Positions 1 through 11,922 of a DNA stretch of 64,000 nucleotides are shown in pieces. Numbering within the stretch: the stretch's first letter is position 1; every line of letters starts with the position of its first letter. The notes beneath the pieces were generated by a model. That model did not search any database and had not been told where the DNA came from. It saw only the letters and a program-made list of their open reading frames with translations. The stretch is from the NCBI GenBank assembly GCA_013265495.1, contig MU058213.1, positions 4,922,854 to 4,986,853 of the forward strand, in the 5' to 3' direction. This DNA is from Vicugna vicugna. Taxonomy: Eukaryota. The position numbers were made by a program, and so were the translations under genes.

Positions 1-1246
1 TGAAAAGCCAGGGGTGGTTGGAGCGGGGTGGTTGGGCCAGGTGGCTTCTAAAGCTCCTTGCAGCTTCAGTGTTCTGGGATTCTGGTTTCCAAGTGGCTTC
101 TGTACTTTCTTTCATGTCTATTTACCACCATTGAAAATCCTTTCTCCTGACTCAGGTAGGTTTAGGATTGAGTCTAATTATTCAAAGTGGAAGCTGCGGA
201 GTTGGGGGAGCTTTAGCGACGAGTCATTGACAAAGAGGACTCAGGTGTTAGAAAGTGTGTCTGATACCAGAGTTTCCAGATCTTCTAATATAAAGCTGTC
301 GGTGACTCGGGGAGGTGGTAGGAGGGGCCCATAAGTCTGTGTCCAGTGACAGGAATTCTGGAGATAGAGACGCCATTTCTCTGGAAGGAGAGTTCAGCAG
401 GTGACCTGAAGCATGGAATAGCAGCAGTATTAAACATTCCTGTCCCAGCGGGCGGCCTAGAGCAATAATCAACAGGCTTTTGACATCTGTCACGCACTTT
501 TCTGAGTCACACACTCTGTTCCCTGGTACTCCCTTCATCACTGCCCTTCTCTACCTGAGGGAGGAAGGTGGAGCCTCTGCAGATGTTATGGTAACCTCAA
601 CCACGTTGTCATGGCAGGTCGTCTCGATAAGTACAGATGGGAACAGCCCGTCCGAGGGAAAAGGGGAGTGTCTCCATTCTACACAACACCGATTTTGTCT
701 TCCGATTTCAATTTGGGAATTTGGAAAATATAGAAAATACAAAGAAGAAAAGAAACACCATCCATAATCCTATCCCATCGTGAAAACTTCTTATTGGGGT
801 TTCAGTGACTCTCTTCCTAGTCTTTTTCTTCCTCCTGTGCACGAACACATTTGAACATGCTTATGCTTTTTTTTCCAAATGGGATTCTTCTGTACTTACT
901 ATTTTCAAACTCATTTTTTTTCCTATGTGAAATGATGTATTATGAACACTTTCCCTTGGAAAAGGTTTTTAACCATTCCCATCCATCCTAAGCAGCAGCA
1001 GGTGGTGCTGGCAGCAGCTGTGGGGTGCCATGGAGGGGACTGGCTGGCCCACCCAGCCACGGGGGGCAGACCTGCTGACCGCTGTGGGGGCCACAGCCGT
1101 TCAGACATCGGGGTCCCAGCCTTGCAGCTCCTGCGGGCTGATGTCCAGCTCAGCAGCTGATGACAAAGGGACGTCCCGGGGCGTGACTCTGGCCACGTGT
1201 TCTCGCACCACTGGATCTGGTTTTGTTTTTTTTTTCATCCCAACAG

Positions 1247-1399
1247 AAAACCCTTGTGGATGTTACTTTGGAAAATAGCAACATTAAGGATCAAATCCGA
1301 AGTCTGCAGCAGACATATGAAGCCTCCGTGGAGAAGCTGCGGGAAAAGCAGAGGCAGTTAGAGGTAGCGCAGGTTGAAAACCAGCTGCTGAAAATGAAG
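1247..1399 (+). CDS. MYZAP: MYZAP coding exon (exon 6 by human numbering), KTLVDVTLENSNIKDQ...QVENQLLKMK
   Basis: Preceded by a T-rich tract and caacAG; followed by AAG|gtaaag; 153 nt, phase 0-0. Peptide matches the recalled myozap coiled coil. Confidence 0.96.
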
Positions 1400-3399
1400 G
1401 TAAAGTCCAGGAGCACAAAGTTCCTGCTCACCTTTCTCTCCTCTCTTCCCCCATCAGCTCTCCCATTTTCTTGTCTCTGTTGTCTTCTTTATTGCATTTC
1501 CCACCCTTTTGTGGCCAACCCCACAGGGCTTGACTTGAAGGTGCTGAAGGGGTTTCTGTGTTCACAGCTGCCAGCCCAGATTGGGGGTGCCCGTGTATAC
1601 CCCAGCATGGTGCACTCCTGCCTTGGCCCCAGTGGCCTTAGGGGCTGCCGAGACAGTCATCCGGGCACTGCTCTTCTGTACCAAGAAGGCACCTGGGATG
1701 CCTACTGGTCTGGGACCTCAGAAGCTTCACTGTTTAGATTTTCTCTGAGGTTCTGAGGCCTTTCTGTCTGGTTTGACAGCAAAGAGCTGAGGGGCAGCCA
1801 GGAAGAAAACAGGTGGGTGACCAAGGACCTGGGCAGTGTCCCTCCTGCCCACTAGGCTGTGCTTGGTCCTCAGCTCGGCTTCTAAGGCCCCGGAGGGTGT
1901 TGGTGCTCCTTCCAAATTTGAAGCAGGGGTCGATTTCCTCCCCAGTGCAGGAGCAGACCCACGAGTGGCTCGCGGAAGCCACTCACGTGATTTCCTGAAT
2001 GAATCTGTTCTCATCTAAGTCTCTGGTTTTCAGACTGTGGTTTGCATGGTCTTAGGCTGTGCTAGAGAAGATGCCTGATGTGTGGTTTCTCCACGTGGTT
2101 ATTGCTCAAACCAGAGTACGTGCGGGAGTGAAAGGAGGTGCTGAGCATTTAGTTAGGGGAACACAGTGGTCCCCTCTCTAAGGGCTGCCCAGGGAGGGCT
2201 GGAAGGCGAGCATGGGCTGCATGGTCTCTCACTGCCGCCCGTGGTTGTGCGGTCACCATCCACTTGGCCAGACATGGCCATCAGGGGAGGGTAAGGACCA
2301 GAGGGCTACGGAGTAGACCAGCTCCCCTTCGCTTTCTCTTCGAACAGGGCTGGACTTCCACTTACTCTTGCATGTATTATATTTCTGGGTGAGAGTTACT
2401 TTGAAAAAAAAAAGGGGGGGTTGTGGCTGAGAAAGTCTGAAATGACTGTTTCATGTCCTTTCCTCAGTGTAGGAGCTTTACTGAGTAATTCATTCCACTG
2501 TCTGCTCTGTGCACCTGTGCTGTGCTTTCCTGTCTGTTCCAGGGGTGCTGCGGTGTTGGGGAGACCAGGTCTCTAAATCTGGCCTACATGTGCCTGTTTT
2601 AGAGATTAATGCTTTCCTTTATCCCCAACGTAATCATTTAAAAAAGTTACAGGACTGAGAGTATTTCATACGACATGGATGCTGAGTAAACAGGACGTGA
2701 GGGACAGAACCTGTTCCAAAGTGGCGATGGGCTGCGGGACACACTGGGTCTCTCTCAGCTCATGATAATCTCTGTTCAGGAGTTCCCGTTTTGTGGCTTC
2801 TTCAAAGTGCCTAGTGATTAGAAGGGAGAACCAGAGGGCATCAAGAGTGACTTCGGGCCAGTCTTTGAAGTGAACACCCTGCAGCCTATGGAGGTCGCAG
2901 TACACCTTCCTTATCCAGAGGCTGGGTACCCAGCCAGCTCAGCAGTCTTGACCGAGCAGTAAGCTGGAAGGGAGAGACATGAGGAAACCTTTGGAGGCGT
3001 AGTATCAGTGGCCTGAAGTTCACAGGCGAGGGCAGAGCCTGGGCAGAAGGGAAACACGAGCCACCTTCAACATAAGCCTGCTCTGTTTTTTCTCATCTCC
3101 TAAGCTGGGCCTGTGCAAGCCCCCCAGGAGCCCCCAGCTTAGGGTCCCCCGAGCCAGGCGGGAATGTTTCCAAAGGCAACATTTGGGAAAGTGCAAAGGT
3201 ACGGAAAGCATTGAGTCCAGATTTCTTACACGAGTGTAAGTCCTTCCAAGAGACTGATTGGCCAGTGCAGCTAATGGCGTGCCCTCAACTCTACGTGGGC
3301 AGCTTCTCTTCAAAGGCCTCCCTGCTTTCTAACTTAGAAAAATTTTTTTAAGTAATAAATGCACATGGGGGAAAAAGCCAAACAAACAATATGAAAGGT

Positions 3400-4110
3400 A
3401 ACCTGTAGGTACACCTGCACCATTTTACACTCCCACCAGCCGTGTAGGAGGATTCTGGTTTCTCCCCATCCCCGTCAACACTCTGTCTTACTGGTTACAG
3501 CGTCCAAGTGGAGGGGAAGTGGTAGCTCCCTGCAGTTTTGCGTTTCCTTGATAACTAGTGATGTTGAGCATTGTCTCTTGTGCTTGTGGGCCATTTGTAT
3601 GTCTTCTCTGGTGTCTGTCAAATCCTTTGCCCATTTTTAAATTGGGTTATGTATATTTTATTATTGAGTTGTAAGAGTCTTTATATATATTCCAGATACA
3701 AGTATTAGATATGTAATTTGCAAATACTGCCCCCCACTCTCTGTGTTGTCTTTTCAGTTTATTGATAATATCCTTTGAAGCACAGGAGTTTTTAATATTG
3801 AATATTGGTCACGTCTTATTTATCCATTTTTTGTCGCTTGTGCTTTTGATGTCATACCCAAGAAGCCATCACTTAATCAGAGGTCACGAAGGTTTGCCTT
3901 ATGTTTTTCTTCTAAGAGTTTTGTAGTTTTGGCTTTCACGTTTAAGCCTTTAATCCATTTTGAGTTAATTTTTGTATATGGTATATTAGGGATCCAGTGT
4001 CATTCTTGTTTTTTTTTTCCAGTGTCATTCTTTTGCATGTGACCAATCTGATTGTCCCCAGTGCCATTTGTTGAAAAGGCTTAATTTCCCAGTGAATGAT
4101 CTTGGTAGAT
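3400..4110 (-). mobile_element. Old L1 (L1M-type) ORF2 3' fragment, antisense
   Basis: Typical antisense L1 motifs such as gatgttgagcat, ccatttgtatgtcttct, ttaatccattttgagttaatttttgtatatgg and ccatttgttgaaaag. Confidence 0.85.
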
Positions 4111-4858
4111 AATTGTTTGAAATTTGATTTTTATAACAGGTAAATTATTTACTTGGTTTGAAACTCAAGTCTACAAAACAAAATATATTCAGAATTAGAG
4201 CATCTAAATCTGTAGTATCTTTTTTCTCTTAATCCCTCCTTCCTCTTATAGGAAACTTAAAAAATTTCTTTAAATTTATATTATAAGATATAAATTGTTA
4301 ATTTTATAGTTTATCCTACTCTGACCCAATTCTGATAACCTAGTGATCTTATTTTCAGCCCTACAACAGAACACTCGAGAATTATAACAGCATTATCTTT
4401 CTGATGCCAATTAGAGTGTGGGTATATTAACCAGAGAAAAAGGTTTGTTCAAACTGATAATAAAAGCAAAAGAACATTAGACAGGGAGAGTCACTGAAGA
4501 AAGGGGTTAATGAGACAGTGGAGCTTGGACACATTTTGGAGAGCATTCAGTTTAAAAATGGCTAAATTTGGGGGGAGTGTTGATACTCAGGTATGTGTCT
4601 GCCTTTGGAAAATTTACTCACGTGGAGCACTTTTTCCTGATGTTAACAAATAAATGAGTGTAAGGTGCTGCTGTTTATTTTCTGTGCACCGGATCACCCC
4701 GTTGCCTTCTTCCTGCCGTCCCGTTCCCCGTTAGTTCCTGCTGCCTGTCTCCTGCAGAACCCTGGCTCCTCTGTGAGTCCACGCCTGAGACAGAGCGAAA
4801 GGGGCGGATTCCCCTGGAACCCGCCAGAGCCGCAGCTCTGACGTGAGTCTCGTTGCAG

Positions 4859-4984
4859 GTGGAATGCTCCCAGGAGGCCAACGCCGAGGTGATGAGAGAG
4901 ATGACCAGGAAGCTGTACAGCCAGTACGAGGACAAGCTCCGCGAAGAGCAGCAGCGGCACAGTGCGGAGAAGGAGGCGCTCCTG
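4859..4984 (+). CDS. MYZAP: MYZAP coding exon 7, VECSQEANAEVMREMTRKLYSQYEDKLREEQQRHSAEKEALL
   Basis: ttgcAG acceptor, CTG|gtgggt donor; 126 nt, phase 0-0; continues the frame of exon 6. Confidence 0.96.
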
Positions 4985-5936
4985 GTGGGTATGCGCTCGC
5001 CGCCGATGGAGTCACGACAGTCTGGGCTTCATTATTGTCGATGAGCTGTAACTGGGAGGGTTCTGCTCCCAGGTGAGTTAGTGGACTCTAACAGAGGTGA
5101 CGGGTTGAGGAATTTATTATTTACCCATTCGCTCCCCTCCCCTCCCTCTACTCACCCACCTCCCTGCCCGGAGTGGTCCCCAGTCTCTGTGTCTCCACGC
5201 ACCCCTTTCTCTAGCTAGTCTGACCATTTCCAGCATCCAAGCAGATCCTGGGCTTCCCTGCAATGGTGCCCTTCCTCCTTCCCCATCCTCGATCCTACCC
5301 AAGCTCCCCCAAAGCCTTAAAAACGCCACCCTCCCCACAAGTGAGGTCTTCCCCGCTCACACAGCTAGAAGTGTCCTTGGGGAACCCGCTCTCCCTTTGC
5401 CGTGGGATCCTCTGGGCCCTGTTACTAGACCTGGGCCGCACGTCTCACGTCTTGGCTTCTCTAGAAGAACATAAATTCCTTGGAGACAAGGACTCCATTC
5501 TGCCTTACCTTGTGTCCTCCCAGGCTTAATCAGTGTGCTGACGGACGGGCTGAGCTGGTGCTTTGCAGTACGGGGGAAGGATCTGGGCATTCTGCATTCA
5601 GTTCCAGATCCAGCCCGAATTCCCTGCATGTTGGCAGATACGGTGGCACTCTGAGCGCCTAGTCAGGGGATAAGTAATATCTGCAGGCTCTTTTTAGACA
5701 TCAAGACTCAGGAGAAGATAGGAGAAAAAATGACTAAGCCCAGTAAAAAGCCATGTGATGCGTCTGTATTCACAGGTGAGAGCCAGAACCACAGAGTTTG
5801 AGTCCACGGTCTGTGGGGCACTTCGAGGCCCCCACGTCATACTTTTAAGGAATCACAATGATTTAGCAAGGCCTGCACTGTTCGGACCCTGATTGGTAGG
5901 GACCCCATGGCTGAGGAGAGCGCGTTTCTTTTGCAG

Positions 5937-6065
5937 GAAGAAACCAATAGCTTTCTGAAAGCCATTGATGAAGCCAATAAAAAGATGCAAGCGGCAGAGA
6001 TCAGCCTAGAGGAGAAGGACCAGAGGATTGGGGAGCTGGACAGGCTGATTGAGCGGATGGAAAAG
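5937..6065 (+). CDS. MYZAP: MYZAP coding exon 8, EETNSFLKAIDEANKKMQAAEISLEEKDQRIGELDRLIERMEK
   Basis: tttcttttgcAG acceptor, AAG|gtaaca donor; 129 nt, phase 0-0. Confidence 0.96.
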
Positions 6066-7365
6066 GTAACACACGGCTTTGGGCCCCTGTGGTCCCCTTG
6101 CCCGGCCTCCTCTGTGGTCCTGCAGTTCCCTGCAGGCCTGTCTGAAGGTATGAGAAGCCCTCACTACAGATCCTTCTCATCCGTGCAATCTGTGACTTAA
6201 AAAAGAAATGAAAAACAAAAAACAAAAACAAAACTGCAAAATAAAGTATACGGAAGTCCTAAAGTTCTAATTTCTCCCGTGGTGATGATTTGGATGCTGC
6301 AAAAAATATTACCTGTAAGATTATTTATAAAAATTAATATTTTAGCAGGCCTGCTTGGCTGGGGCCCCAGGCATGAACTCAGTTTACTCGTTGAGCAGAC
6401 AAGCCCTCTTTAGATGTTACATGGGACCCCACGCCTTTTGTTCTGGGGCCTCGGTCTGAAGGGTTGGCTTTTCTCTGACACCACATGTCTGAGTGGGGGA
6501 CGCCACATTTCTTTGTGGGTCTGTGGGTGGGGCTCGCAGGCTGATGGGTGCGGGTGGGGGAGGCCTGTGAAAGGCAGTTCAGCTGAGATGACGAGCCAGT
6601 CTGGAGAAGGGCAGGAGGGAGACCAGAAATTCGACAGGAAGTGGAGAAGAGGGAAGGCAGGGTGGGAGAGAGGAAAGAAAAAAGGAAGGGAAGGAAGGGA
6701 CAGGGCGGGTGACCTGGAGCAGGTGACAGCTGACTCTGGGGGAGGGGAGGTAGTGGAGCACTGGAGCTGTGGCTGGTTTCTGGAAAGTGGCTCTCCAGCA
6801 GCATGAGTCTGTGGACCTGTTAGCATCCGGGAGCTCATGCTGGATGCTGGGACTCTCCGGGCTGATGACAGAGGGAGAGGAGTGACAGTGTGAGCAGGGT
6901 CAGCATCTGGGCTGACCTGTGACGTCTGCAGCAGAAGCCCCTCAACAGGCCCCCGACAAGTGAGGTGTAACCAGAGTGGGAAAGGCATCAAGTTCAGCGC
7001 TGGAGAGCTCTGGGGCTCGTGGGGGGCTCCTGCTGCAGGTCATATCTTTTTTGGGGAAAGACTTGACAAATAAAGCGTCCATTACAATTTAACCTCTACT
7101 CTCTGGGAAAGCAGAATCCTATCTTGTATGGAAGGTAGGAGACATGGCGTGATTAGGGCTCATGTCTTGGTTGGAGGTGGTAGCAGTGGCATTTGGGCAG
7201 CGAGGGCATCTTCTAGAACGTGGGTGAGCTTTCTCCCGCATCCCCACTCCTACACCAGCAGGAGTGCTCCCCGGGGAGACAGGCTGTCCTGAGGCAAACA
7301 GAAGCCGGGTGCGCGGGCAGCAGGGGCAGGTGTGTGGGCAGTCACCCCACAGGGAGACTGTCCAC

Positions 7366-7600
7366 AGAGTGGTTAGGAATATCGGTTTTAGAATTAGACA
7401 GACCTAGGGTTTGAGTCTTGCCTCTCTAGTTGTGGGCAGTTACTAGACTTTTCCAAATGTAGTTTCCCCTTCCGTAAAAGGCTGATAATAGTAATTCCTA
7501 TTCTTAGGCCTTTTCTGAGGAGTAAATGAGAAAAATCCGTACCATGTGCCCAGCGCCATGCCTGGTGTGTACATGGCAGGGGCTCAGAAATGGGTGGCTC
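7366..7600 (+). mobile_element. MIR SINE
   Basis: gtggttagga...agacagacctagggtttgagtc...agtttcccct.ccgtaaaa...gataatagta...tgaggagtaaatgaga...gtgcccagc resembles the MIR consensus. Confidence 0.75.
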
Positions 7601-9032
7601 TGATTTTTGTGCTGTTACTCGCCCAGCTGTCTGCCTCCTGTTATCAGCTTTTTTTTTTAGCTGGACTTGTTCTCTAGGTTAGTGTCTTTGTACCTTTGGG
7701 ATTCTGAAAGCTTTTCCCCACCAATGCCCACATGGAGCCCGTGTGAGGGGCATCTGGCTGGGAGGCCAGGGAGGTGGTAATGCCAGCCCCCCTTGGCCAC
7801 CATTTGTGTCACTAGAAACATTCCCAGGTCCTCTTGGCTTTTTCTTTAGTGATTGAAAATCTATTGTCCTTTCTCCAAATATTTCCCATTTAGACTATTG
7901 AAATGCTTGCTTTATTTAGCCAAGATTAGATATACCCATTTACTGTTTTTTTTTCTTTCCTTCAGAGATAAATCTGAGAGAGCAGGCACCCTGCCAAATC
8001 TGTCACACACTATGTGAACAGCATGTCCACAGAGTTTGTATCCTGTTCTCACCTATTTGGGGGTTCTTCTCAAGGACAAACTGTGTGCTTTTGAATGGCT
8101 TCTTTGCTATATCCCTTAGTTTACTGTTTCTGAGCATTGCATTCAAAACACCTTTTTCTCCTAATGAGTAAATTCTTTTAAGGCCCCTCTTGCAGAACAG
8201 ATGATCTTCTCCTTGATCTCAGTGGTGGTTTCATCAGGTAATTAGGTAGATTCAAATGTAAGAAGTAATTGTGCAGCGTTTATTAAGATTTTATTGTACC
8301 TCATTTTAGGAAAAAATAGAATTTTAAAGTATACTGTAAACTAGGCTGTGCCCTACTTTACAACAGCTCTTCGGGGAGCCTGAGGGGAGGCTCACTTGCT
8401 CAAGATTGATCACTGTTATTTCAGGGTTAACACCCAACTTCCAGCCCGTGACAGAACACATGGGGGCAGGAATAATGTGCATTTGCTGTAGAGATTTAAC
8501 AACAATAACAAAGCCCCACTGAAAAGTGGGTTTTCCTCACTGTTCTAAACACATTGGTGGCACCGTGGTCCTGCCAGGCCGGCCCGCTGCCCCATTTCGG
8601 TCTATCCCTTGGTCCACCGCTGCTTACAGCTTCGGAAGTTGTGGGGGCTAACGCTTCAAAGACTTGCTTTTAATTTGGGTAGAAAAAAGATTTGGAATCC
8701 ATGTCTGGAGTCCCAGCTTGTTGGGGAGAATTTCTGAGGTTAAAGATGAGGCAGAGCCGTGCTTCGAGGAGGACCTAAAGTTAAATAGTCTCCCCCCCAG
8801 TCAGTGAGAAGGATTTGATAAAATCCATTTTAAGGAGATTTATTATGCTAACGTCTGTAACGTATTTCCAGTGCAGTTTTGGTGGTGATGGACGCGACAC
8901 TTTAATTACTATTTTCCACTTTGTTTAAAGAAAGAATTGTCCAGATTCTTATACTACATTTCTTTTAGGGAAACTTTTGAATTTACATATAGACAGCAAA
9001 ATATGCGGATCCTATGTGCACAGCTTGATACA

Positions 9033-9460
9033 TGTGTTAGTTTCCTGTTGCTGTTGTAACAGTTCACCAGAGGGGCTTAAAACAACATGAATTTATCATC
9101 GTTGGTCCCGGAGGTCGGAAGTTGTAAAGTCAAGGTGTTGGCAGGGCTGGGTCCTTTTTGAAAGGTCTAGCAGAGAATCATTTCCTAGCCTTCTCTGCCT
9201 TCTAGAGGCTGCCTGTATTTGTTGGCTCATGGCCCCATCCTCCAGCTTCAAAGACAGCATTGTAGCATCTCCCGGTCTTTGTCTTGGACTCCAGCCCTAC
9301 TTCTTCCTTCTTATAAGGGCCCAGCTGGGTCATCTCCTAATTTCAAGATTATTAACTTAATCACATCTGCAAAGTTCCTTTTTCCATGTAAGGCAGCCTA
9401 ATCACAAATTTCAGAGATCAGGATGTGGACATCATTGGGGGACCGTTATTCTGATTTTCG
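9033..9460 (-). mobile_element. MaLR LTR, MLT1 family
   Basis: Starts tgtgttagtttcctgttgctgttgtaaca...ggcttaaaacaaca...aagtcaaggtgttggcagggct; ends ggatgtggacatcattggggg...ttattctg. Confidence 0.85.
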
Positions 9461-9679
9461 AAGTACACTGTTACCAGTGAACATGCCTGCTTCAACACCA
9501 CCCCAGTTAATTTATAGGATGTTACAGAATTCCAGACCCTCTTGATGGTTCAAAAAATAATCAAGGAATTTGTAGTATGACAGGCCACTGATTTAGAGTA
9601 TGGATTATCACTATTTAGCACTACAAATTTTCATAAGACATCTGAGCCTGGGCTGATGGAATACTTTTAAAAAAATCTT

Positions 9680-10063
9680 CAGAAAGAGAAAGAAAAATAC
9701 CATATGATATCACTTATGTGTGGAATCTTAAATGAGACAGATGAGCTTATTTACAAAACAGCAACAGGCTCACAGACATAGAAAACAAACTTACGGTTAA
9801 AAGTGGGGAAAGGGGGTGGGGAGGGATAAATTGGGAGTTTGGGATTTGCAGGTAATAACTGCTATGTATAAAATAAACAAGGTCCTACTGTATAGCACAG
9901 AGAACTGTATTCAATACTTACAATAGCCTACAATGAAAGTGATATGAAAAGGGATATATACACACACATATATGTGTGTGTGTGTGTATATATGTATAAC
10001 TGAATAACTATGCTATACCTCAGAAACTAACACCACATTGTAAATCGACTATACTTCAGTTAA
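9680..10063 (+). mobile_element. 5'-truncated lineage-specific L1 (3' UTR only)
   Basis: Same 3' UTR as the long L1s in intron 12; TSD aaaaaaatctt at 9669-9679 and 10064-10074. Confidence 0.9.
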
Positions 10064-10280
10064 AAAAAAATCTTGAATGGCTTTATTCAGGATATTTGTC
10101 TTTAATTCATAAATATGTCTATAAATACACACTAGCAAGTCTGACGTTTGTGAGCTTTGCTTGGACCTTGGTGAGTGGGTGTCACACAGACTTGAATTCA
10201 CTTGTGCTGGAGTTGCTTGCTATACATTCTCTGGCAAACTTGGGATCCACTGATTAGATATCACTGTCTGTCTGTTTCAG

Positions 10281-10360
10281 GAACGCCATCAACTTCAACT
10301 CCAACTCCTGGAGCATGAAACAGAAATGTCAGCGGAAGTAACTGATGCTGACAAGGAGAG
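10281..10360 (+). CDS. MYZAP: MYZAP coding exon 9, ERHQLQLQLLEHETEMSAEVTDADKE(R)
   Basis: tctgtttcAG acceptor, GAG|gtaagg donor; 80 nt, phase 0-2. Read by hand; not in the ORF track. Confidence 0.95.
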
Positions 10361-11816
10361 GTAAGGTGTGATGCCCTTGGTCTCGTACTGGGTTCAGACG
10401 GTGGACACGCTGGGTCTACGTGGGCTCACTTAGCCCTTGCGTTTTTATTCATTTGGTCGTCACTCATTGCAGACTTACCCACGCAAAACACTGACTGGAC
10501 TGAGAGCTTCCAGACACATCTTACAGCCCATGGCTGGTTGTTAGTGCCGTGGAACGCACCAAGGACTGCCATAAGGGCCAGAGTTCAGGCTGTAAATTTT
10601 CCTCATAACCTTGAACTCCACAGGATGCCCCTTGTTGAAGAGAAAAACTCATCAACAGTGACGAATACCATTGCCGTGGAAACTAATTTTAAAATGTCTT
10701 TGTTTCCAAACATCCCTCAGTGAAACCATGCCTTGTCCTCTGGCTGTGAGTGGGCAAAGCCCTGCGTGGAAAATGCAGGGGCAGTAAGTGCACTGCCTCT
10801 TCTAGAAACCAAATGGCAGAGAGGCCACGCGCAGCACGGCCCTCTAGTGAAGGAAGGCAAGGCTCGGGTGCCTTGAGCATTGGAGCAAAGTACTTCCTTA
10901 ACCACCTTGAGGCTCTTTGCTTTCTGTGAAGTGGGAATTCTTGTTTTTGAAGGGAGAAGGGGTTATGATGATCTAGCCGTGCCCATCGCATGGCTTACTA
11001 TTGCGAGGGGACTGTTGAGTGTACTACCCGCCACATAGTATGTACTGAAAAAACACCTGTTCTCCTTCCTCTTAGCAGTTTCAGAGTCTGTAGAGCTATA
11101 GGAATCCTCCCTGACCTTTAACATAGTGCGGACCTGGCAGAGATGGGGGGTGGTGCGCAGACCGCCAGACCCTCCGTCTGTGCTCTGGTCCAGTGGCCCC
11201 AAAGGAACCATCTGCTGGTTCCTTTGGTTTCTATGAACCAAGCAAAGTCAGAAGATAATTTATGCTGTTTTTTCCCCAAAAAGTGTGAAATGCTTTATGA
11301 GGTGGTCTGCTCTGTTTTGATGGAGAGAAGTTCTTTCAACATGTTTCCCATTTCCTAAAAGTAAATGATGCACGGAACAGTGGTAGTGCCAGACTTCCCA
11401 GGACTCTGCCCCTGGATTTCAGATATTTTGTTGTGTTGCTGGACTCGTCTCTTTCTCTGTTTTCCTAATCACGGTAATTCACTGGATTTCCAATGGTTTT
11501 ATTAAGGCCCAAGCAGAGAGCCTCTCATCTCTGTAAGTGGTGCAAAAAAATTCCCTTCCAGCCCCTGGAGAATATAGTGACTGTCCTCACACAGGGTAAA
11601 GCTTACAAGAGGGAGCCTGAGAGAGGGTCCTGTGTTCCTTCTGCGTTAGGACGGCCGACTGGTAGCGCATCACCTAGGGTGCACACGAAGTAAGCAGAGC
11701 ACCTCGTGGGGCTCCCTGTCTTGATCTTGGCCATGTTCCCTTCACGCGGGGACTTTGCGTGCTGATGTCGCTGCTTTGGCTGAGGATTCACCTGCTCTTT
11801 CTTCTGTCTGTGTTAG

Positions 11817-11922
11817 GTATCAGCAGCTGGAGGCGGCGTCAGCCAGCCTCCGGGAACGGATCAGACACCTAGATGACATGGTGCATTGCCAGCAGAAGAA
11901 AGTCAAGCAGATGGTTGAAGAG
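11817..11922 (+). CDS. MYZAP: MYZAP coding exon 10, (R)YQQLEAASASLRERIRHLDDMVHCQQKKVKQMVEE
   Basis: tgtgttAG acceptor, GAG|gtaagc donor; 106 nt, phase 2-0, completing the AG|G codon. Confidence 0.96.

Noticed and set aside
1223..1756. 177-aa ORF as a single-exon gene
   Set aside because: Only 1247-1399 is myozap-like and bounded by AG/GT; the rest is intron read-through.
8511..8534. Stem-loop with GAAA loop plus T-run, resembling a bacterial terminator
   Set aside because: A six-bp stem is expected by chance and the mechanism is irrelevant in a mammalian intron.
9954..9995. Palindromic (TA)(CA)/(TG)(TA) tract
   Set aside because: Microsatellite expansion in the L1 3' UTR; self-complementarity is trivial.
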